From the human T2T-CHM13v2.0 reference genome, Homo sapiens, in assembly GCF_009914755.1 (NCBI RefSeq), contig NC_060925.1: a stretch of DNA of 64,000 nt, one strand, 5' to 3'. The notes below the pieces were generated by a model that did not search any database, was not told the origin of the DNA, and saw only the letters and a list, made by a program, of their open reading frames with translations. This document shows positions 56,246 to 64,000 of the stretch, one piece after another. The translations under genes were made by a program, and so were the position numbers. Every line of letters begins with the position of its first letter. Position 1 is the stretch's first letter.

Positions 56246-56254
56246 GTGTGTGTG
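56215..56254. repeat. (AG)n plus (TG)n microsatellite
   Basis: Directly visible. Confidence 0.9.
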
Positions 56255-59200
56255 AAGTTAAACATATACTCTGGTAACATTCCTTGAGGGAGAGGGTAGA
56301 AACTAAGAACAAAGGAAAAAGGGGAATGTGGAATAGAGTGGGAAATGTCAACAATTAAGGCCTCTTCTGCACCAGGAACTGTGCTAGATACCTCCCACAT
56401 TACCTCAGTGAATCCTCCCAACTATGAATGCTGGGCTGTGGAGGATACACCCTGATCCATGCCAGAAAGCCTTCAGGCGAATAAGAATATGTATTTATAG
56501 ACATCTGCAAGAGAGACCATCAGCTCTCCTTTGGAAGGCAGACAGCTGTGTTCTGCCAGGTGTTCAAGGCTTCTGCAGCTGAACATGAAATGTACAAGGT
56601 GTTTCAGGCCTGAGAGATGATGGTCCTTGATATTTCCAGTACCTAACCTCTGTCAGCACTGTAGAGGCTCCAGATTCTGTAGCTGGAAAAAAACACATCA
56701 GCCCTGCCAAGCTGAACTGAGCCTTCCCTGGAGTTACTGCCACTGCAGCACCTGTTTCACTGCTGTTGTGTTTTCCCTAAAACCACCTGAACACTCTGAG
56801 CACTAGCAAAATATAGAGCTTTGTTCTCCAGAACAGTGTCAGTCCTACTCCAGCCCCCTAATTCATCATTGTTAAATAGTGAATGAACTCAGTTCAGTGA
56901 GCGAGGGGAGCTACATATAGACCAAATGAGAAAGAGATGAAATCTGACTTCGAAATCAGAATAGGCACAAATGTCTGCAATAAATTCAGTACATCCAAAG
57001 ATGCTCTGATTACAACCAGAGTTAGGAGCCAATTTCTCCTCCTTGTACAGACACCTGGAATATAGTACCTTGGGGTGGAGTAGAGAGGCATGTTTCACCT
57101 GCGGCTTCCCAGAGAAAAGCCCTAGACTGAAACCATCTTCTCTGAATCTCTCCTGCACTCCAAGAAAAGGCCCAGCAGCAACTTAGAAATTGTCAAGACA
57201 GCTGCAGGGCTAGCTGAAGAATCACTGGAGCAAAGCAAAACTTGAAGAGAAAGAGAAAAAAAAAAAAAAGAAGAGAAAAGGGAAGTCAGAGCAAGGGAGA
57301 AGAATGTCTGGCAGGAGCCTGTGGTTTGAGTGAGGCGGGATGGGGGACCCCCTGGCTATTTCTGCCTCTGTTTTTGGCGGCCTCTCCATCTTGCTGTGTT
57401 TATGGGCCTGACGTGACTTTCCAACTAAGTACATCCGCTAGGCTTGCACTGGAAAACTTGCCACCTTCCGCCCAGTTCAGGTTTCATCTGATTCACACCA
57501 GGAAGCTCTAGTTTCGAGAGCCCCATGCATTTTTGCAGCTGAATGGAAACAACTGGATGCAAATCAGACCTAGAGAACACCTGCAGCTCTTCACTGCCCT
57601 TGCACCTCCATCTAACCTTTGAAGCGAATGGCTTGGGTGGCCAGACTCAGTGACTGAGCTTCTCCAAGCTTTGAGATCCACAGCTGCAAGCTTCCCAGGA
57701 CCCAGAAGAGGAGGCCAGTCCTAAAAAGTACCAAAGTTTATACAACACAATTGAGCGACCAGGAGGCCAAACTGGACAATGAGAGGAATGGCTGCAGGGA
57801 AGGCCTGCCAGGGTAGAAAGCACAAGGTTTAATTTATAGGAGATGACACAGCCTCCCAGGCAGGCTACTGAGTGAGCCGGCAGAGTCTCCCTCAGGATCA
57901 GGGCTTCGTGTTCCAAAGTCCAGGCTGGTGTGAGGAAATAGGGACAAGCGGCCACTCTGACTCAATCATCCCCAGTGTTTGCTACTTGTTGCTTTGAAGG
58001 GAGGAGGGAGGGCAGAGTCGAGGTCTGGTCAACACAGCAGTGGCTCAAAGTGCAATTTAATCATCCTGGACTTGGCCCAACCCATCCTCTTGGTGTGAGG
58101 GAGGAGCAATTTGTTATTGCTGCTGTCATCGACACTGGGCGGCCATGGACAGAGATCTGCAGGCAGCAGCAGTAGCAGGAAAGGCTGGGGAGCAAAAGAA
58201 GTGAGTGGCAGTTGTGCTGGGCTATAGGAACTGCAGGAGAGTGGTGGCCCCCAAGGACTGGGAATTCATGCAAGGTCCTCTTCATCCAGGCCCTGCTATA
58301 GGAAACCTGATGGGAATCAAGAGACTAAAAATGATTTCCTGGTTCCCCCTTCCTAACTCAGGCTCTGTGCCCCATACTCTGTTCATATTCTGTCGAGACA
58401 CCCATCCCCCTGTGTTTCACTTGTCTGATTACATATCTGTCTTCTTAAGAGCAGAGAATGGTGTTTATTCATCTTTATACCTCCCAGCACCTAATACCAT
58501 ATTTGTTGAATAAGTGAATCAACTATTGCTATGATGAGAGTGTGATTCATTCTCTCCACTGAAATTGAGCATGTACTCTTCTACAGTCTCGATGTTTGCA
58601 AAGTACTGCTAGGAATCAGGCAGCCATCTTCCTTGGGGAGAAGGAGCATTACTCAAAGTGCATGAGGGGAAGGGAGATGTCAGAAGAATGCCCCATTTAC
58701 TATGTAAAATTCAGGTTCCTAGAGCCTTCCTCTGACTCTCTGAAGCAGAAGCTTGATGATGGAGGCCAAAAAAGGATAAGAAGTTTCATCTCACTAGATC
58801 CCCATATTTAAGTGTGAATCCTGAGGCCTAGGGAAGAAAAGTGATTTGCTCAAAATTTCCTATCTAGTACTAGCAGAGCTGGGAGTATCATGTGTCTAAC
58901 CCCATTCTTTCCCACTACAAGCTGAGTCACTTCCATGAGCATCTCCTTGGTACCTGCTACCTGGGGGACTCTCTGGTGAGCTCTGAGGGGAATGCAAAGA
59001 TGATTAAGGCACTATCCCTGTCTTCAAGGTATGTACAGTCCAAGTGCTGAGATAAGACCCTCTCCTATAATCAAGACAGGCTATGGTACCTATTGGTACC
59101 CATGCCGAAGCAAATGACAATGGCTTTGGTCTTCCTACAACCCAATATATGGATGTTTACTGAAGAACTTTTTAAGTTACAGTCAACTTCTACTTTTCCA

Positions 59201-60679
59201 GAAGAACTACAAGAAGCCAGGATTAACATTTATATCCTGAGGATATGCCAATTTTTCAAAAGTTCTAGTACATTAAGCCCAAATCCTAGCCAACAAAATT
59301 TCTTTTTTCTATGAGGACAGTGTTACACAAAAGGCACATTCATTTTTTGTAGAACTCTAAGGAAAACTGTGTAAGGGTCCATTACTACAGACCAGCACTG
59401 ATAAAATTTTGGCTATGTGAGCTTACAATTTGTTCCAATATCAGATAAATAAAAAATTGACTATCGCTTTTTTAGGTAAACCCTAAAGACAGCCTTCAAC
59501 TTCTGGTTGCCTACATAACCTCAAATCGTGCCTACATTTCCTCAATGCGTAATGACAATTCAGCTGATGATAAGGGTAACTATCATCACTTCTCCCAAAA
59601 GTAAAGCAGGCTACTTACTCTTGTCTCTGTGGCCAAAAGCAACCAACAACACCCCCTTCTGTATTTAAATGACAATGATGCTCGTTCCAAAGCCTCAAAA
59701 TATCCTAGATGGACAAGTGGAAAACTGATAAGGCTTCATGAACTTCAGTGAACCACCTCACTACCTCTAATCAATTATGAAATACTAGTGTATCATATCA
59801 AAGTGCTCTCAAAAATGGCCAAACCAAGTGCTAAACTGAAGTTTTCATGTCCCCATAAAGTGTAACCTCTAGGATTTAAGGGACTCTCTCTACCCCTTTA
59901 CAGTTTCCTCACTGTATCGGTTTACTTAGCTACACAATAAAGCCTTCAGTGGGAATCTAGAAAATTGGTGACAATGATGATCTTTGGAAAAATATCAGTG
60001 AACACTGACCATTTAGGTAACTGAATTAATTTAGAAATGGTTATTACATAATTAAATTACAAGTTGGTAGGAGAGATCTCAAAAGCAGAAATAGTTTATG
60101 ACAACCCCTCAGTTCCATTAAAACTAAAACTTTCTAGAAAAGGGAAGAATGAAACTTTTAAGGAAGATGGCATATTTGGAAAATGGAGATAAGAAACAAG
60201 TCACTTTTGAAAGTTTTTCATTCAGGCTTATCATTACATTGTCTAGTCTCTGAAAGTCTTTCTAACCTTTATGCTGTAAAGCCTAACATTCTTGTTGAAA
60301 AAGAAAAGTAGAGAATATACATCTAAGTAAATAAAATAATCCATGACAGACCTCACATCCTTAGAGCAAAACCCAGCCATAATATTAACTCACAGAAATG
60401 AAGAAAACGTGTGTTTTTATGAGGTTAAAAAATATAGCAAAAAGTTGATTTAGGACACTGTTTTATCTGAACTATTACTAACCAGGTATTTGAACGGCTC
60501 TTTCATTGAATCAATCCTCTCCTTTACAATGTCTTCCTAAACACTTTGTTTCAGACCTGCATTACTGCTTACCTGGACCACCACAGGCACCTTCCCTAGT
60601 GATAGTACAAAATATTTCTAGTTTCATTCTTACTTGTTTCCCTCTCCTGAGCATCAGAATACATAGCTAAGGCCCTCTG

Positions 60680-61443
60680 TTCTTAGACAGGGCTATGATT
60701 AGTTTTGAACTGTGACATATTTAACTTACAGGCTAAGGCCCCAGTGTAACTCTCTTCCCTAGCCATGGCAATATTGGAAGCCATGTGTTGAGATGGTGGA
60801 ACTATAAAATGAAAGCAGACTGGGTCCCTGAGTCACCACTCAGAAGAGAGCCATGCTGGAAGATGTCCAGATTTCTCACAGTATTACAGACTATTACATC
60901 AGTGGGTCTCAATTAATGAACTCTTCTTCTCAGTATTTGTACCGTTGTACAGTCTCCTCCCACACTGACCCTGAGTTTAGTAACATGACTTGCTTTAGCC
61001 AAGTGGACTTTTGTAAGCATGATGCAAGAGTTGATACATGTTTGCACACTGGAGCCTGTCCTCTTAGAACACATGCTTTTGGAGCCCAGCTGACATGCAG
61101 TGAGGACGCCCAAGCTAGCAACATAGAGAAGCCATATGGAGAAGAACGGTGGAGACCATCTGACAGCCAAAATGGAGACTACAGACATACATCCCATATT
61201 AGGTCATCTCAGCCAGCCATTTAAGCCACCCCAGCTGAGGCCCCATGTATCATGCTGTGCCCTGAATACCTGACCCACAGAATCAGGAGCAAATGAAATG
61301 GTGCCACTAAGGGTTTTAAGGCACTAAGCACAGAAACTGATAACTGAAACAGTGAGCAAGAAATAAACTTGTATATATTAAGCCACTAAGACTTCAGGGT
61401 TTGTTTGTCTTGCCATGGGGCTGAACCTATCCTGACTAAACTC
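60680..61443 (+). mobile_element. Nested MLT1-family LTRs (MLT1H-like ~60882-61351 within MLT1I/J-like)
   Basis: The outer LTR motifs (gccatgtgttgagatggtgg...gggtccctgagtcacc; gtgagcaagaaataaactt...ctatcctgactaaa) are split by a second LTR (cacactgaccctgag...catgacttgctttagccaa...gataactgaaaca). Confidence 0.6.
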
Positions 61444-62599
61444 ATATCTCCCCATTTCTTATCTTTCCCCATTCCATGCTTTAGCATCCTATTTACTACT
61501 GTGACATGAATCTTCCTAAGGCATAGCCCTGGTTATGTAATAGTTACTGACATTAATAGATCACTAATTGTTGGTGACTTTAATTCTTATGACAAAACCT
61601 TTATAGATAAGTAAATGGAAGTCAAGAGAAATTAAGCAACTTACCCATGTTTTCAGAGCTAATAAGGATTAGAGTCACAATTCAAACCCAGCCTAAGCTC
61701 ATAACCACTATCCTCCTTGAAAACTTCCAGGGGCTCCAAACATCTACTCAATTATCCTTTCTGCCTAGATTGTAAAGTTTTTAGGGCAGGGACTATTCCT
61801 TACTCATCTACATATTGTAAGTGTTCAATAAATAGTTGTCAAATTTCACTGAATGGGCTATTTGTCTCAGGCATCTTGTAAAAACAACCTGAAGGCTGTG
61901 CATGGTGAAAGAAGGCATATGCACTGGGTCAAATCAGCCACATGGCTTATAGCTGCTTGCAGCCACTCTTTGGAGAAAGGTGGGAATAGCCAGCTGGAGT
62001 CATGGTTTGGGTCCCCCTCCAGGCTTTTCCAGTGGTTCCAATTCTTTCCTACTACAGGAAGAGATAAACACCCTTCATATATTTCCTCTCACCCCCAACT
62101 GCAAGGAAAACAGTAACACTAATTAGTTGTAACAGGGTGTTCATTTCACACAGGTCTCAGCAGGTTGCCCTGCCGTTCTTTGAAATGGTTTGGAAACAGC
62201 CTTTATTTTAAACATCTGAAGATAATTGAACCAAAGTTGCACCCAGAAACCCTGACTGACATGCCTTTTATTCTCTCCCTCACTAACAAGAAATGTTTGC
62301 TGCCATTTCTTATTTACTCAACACCTTGAAAGCCTCCGGCACTGAAGACTTGCACCCCAGGATCCTAAAAGAATGAGTTAAAGTAATGATTGGTAATAAA
62401 TGGAGGAACAGGGAAGCCTGAGATATCAAACAAAACCCTATGCCTGTTTAAAGAGAAGAAGGAATTACTCTACAAATCTATAAACTTAAGCTCTGTATCT
62501 GGAAAAAATGGAGAAGTTGGAGGGAGAACAGAAGAGAATTTATGATGAAATCAATTTGCAAGCATTATACCCTTCAAATACAAGGGTATTAGGTAGCAA

Positions 62600-63295
62600 A
62601 GACAAAAATATTTTCTAATATATTGTTGGCAAATGGATAGGAAAATGGGCTGTCATACACTGTGGGTGGAAGTGTAAATTGAACAACCTTTCGGGAGGGT
62701 AATCTGGAATAACCATCAAAATTTTAAATGCCATGACTTCAACTGTACAACTCTACTCTACTTCTAGAATTTATTCTATAAGTGCTATCACAAGAATGCC
62801 CAAAAATAATCATGGAGTCTTATTTAAAGAAGGAAATGACTGGAAACAACCTGAAGGCTCGTCAAAATAGGTTCAATAAACATTATGAAAGATCCACACG
62901 ATGGAATTCTATGAGACTTTTAAAAGAGGGGGAAGTGGAGAACTTGCAAGAATGACTATTTGACAGTCTCCAACACAACAGCTCAAAACTAAAATTATAA
63001 AGTCTAAAGTACTATATATATTATGCCACAATCTCTCTTTTCATTTTAAAGGTTTGTATATATACATATGTGTGTATGTGTATATAAGGACTCATATAAT
63101 ATATCATACATGTATGTGGAATGATGCAAAAGGAAACTGGTAAGAGTGGTTATCCTGGGATAAGCTCGGAAACTAGGGATGGGAGATTGCTCTTTATGCT
63201 TCTCACTGTTCATTTTGGGCTGTTTGGATTTTTTAAAAGTATACAAATTATCTGAGTTTTTTAAAATTTATAAGTAAAAAAGAAGAATAAGTAAA
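62600..63295 (+). mobile_element. Ancient L1ME 3' fragment
   Basis: tcatacactgtgggtggaagtgtaaattgaacaacctttcgggagggtaatctgg...ctggaaacaacctgaa...gtggttatcctggg. Confidence 0.65.
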
Positions 63296-64000
63296 AAATA
63301 TCACAGCCTATTAGAGAATAGAAACTGGGGCCAACACAATCTTCTCAGGCACAGAGGTGCACCTGGCACTTTAAGATGAAAAGAAGAATAGAACCAATCT
63401 TGTGACTTTGAGGTTTTGATTCAGTCTTTCAGGGAAAACTGGAGGCCCATGAACAGAAGAAGATACCTAATGGGCTGTCACCCAGCAGCGATTTCACAAA
63501 TCGTGCAGAGCAGGTTCTCCTGGGCCTGCTGGGCAGCAGCTGAAGAAACACAAAAGTAGACATTCTGGGCTTAGAAACACTGGCTCCTCAAAAAAAAGTG
63601 AAGGAAACCCTCTATATCACTACTGTGTGCCTCTAGGCCTGGCCCTCAACCCAATTCCTAGGAGAACTAGAAGAAAACTCATTGCACATTCAGAGGCCCT
63701 TAGAATGTAAAATGGTATTCGGCCTGCCTCCAGCACATCCTCTAAACTTCCATCCACACTGCCCAGGGTAAGGAAATGAGGTACGGAAAGGAGGAGAGTA
63801 TACTGAGGAAAGGAAGGTATATTGAGGCTGGGCATTTTAGCAGGAAAGCAACAGGTCTATCCCAACAGCTCTGCTCATACCTGGCTGTGATCTTGCTTAA
63901 GCTGTCTTCATTTGCTTTCCTGCTTCTAAGATAAGACTAGTGGTTTCATCTTCTATGTTTTTGAGAGAATAAAATAAAATTGTCAACATGATTTTCTGTC

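Noticed and set aside
59561-59588. E-box plus inverted GATA pair (tgatgata-N8-tatcatca)
   Set aside because: An 8-bp stem is not significant in 64 kb without conservation data.

Overview
Human (or very closely related great-ape) genomic DNA lying entirely inside the T-box transcription factor gene TBX15, transcribed on the minus strand. Five coding exons can be delimited at GT-AG boundaries: 29039-28826, 23821-23720, 22028-21857, 20814-20647 and 11388-11324 (214, 102, 172, 168 and 65 nt; exons 2-6 in the usual numbering). They splice in frame and encode the whole T-box DNA-binding domain. The first exon and the last exons lie outside the window. The rest is intron filled with interspersed repeats: Alu, L1, L2, MIR, MLT1 LTRs, Tigger2a, MER96B, MADE2 and a tRNA-Ile-derived MamSINE1. 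Almost all ORFs in the supplied track are spurious or repeat-derived. I found no convincing new multi-gene system. The most notable sequence-level observations are: (1) two twin-primed (5'-inverted) L1 insertions with intact target-site duplications (TSDs), one carrying an apparent locally templated 29-nt patch and the other a perfect 22-bp inverted repeat; (2) a long AG-exclusion zone before exon 4; (3) an antisense AluJ configured like a poison exon; (4) inverted Alu pairs bracketing the T-box exons; (5) candidate intronic enhancers. Repeat subfamily calls and most repeat boundaries are by eye and approximate.
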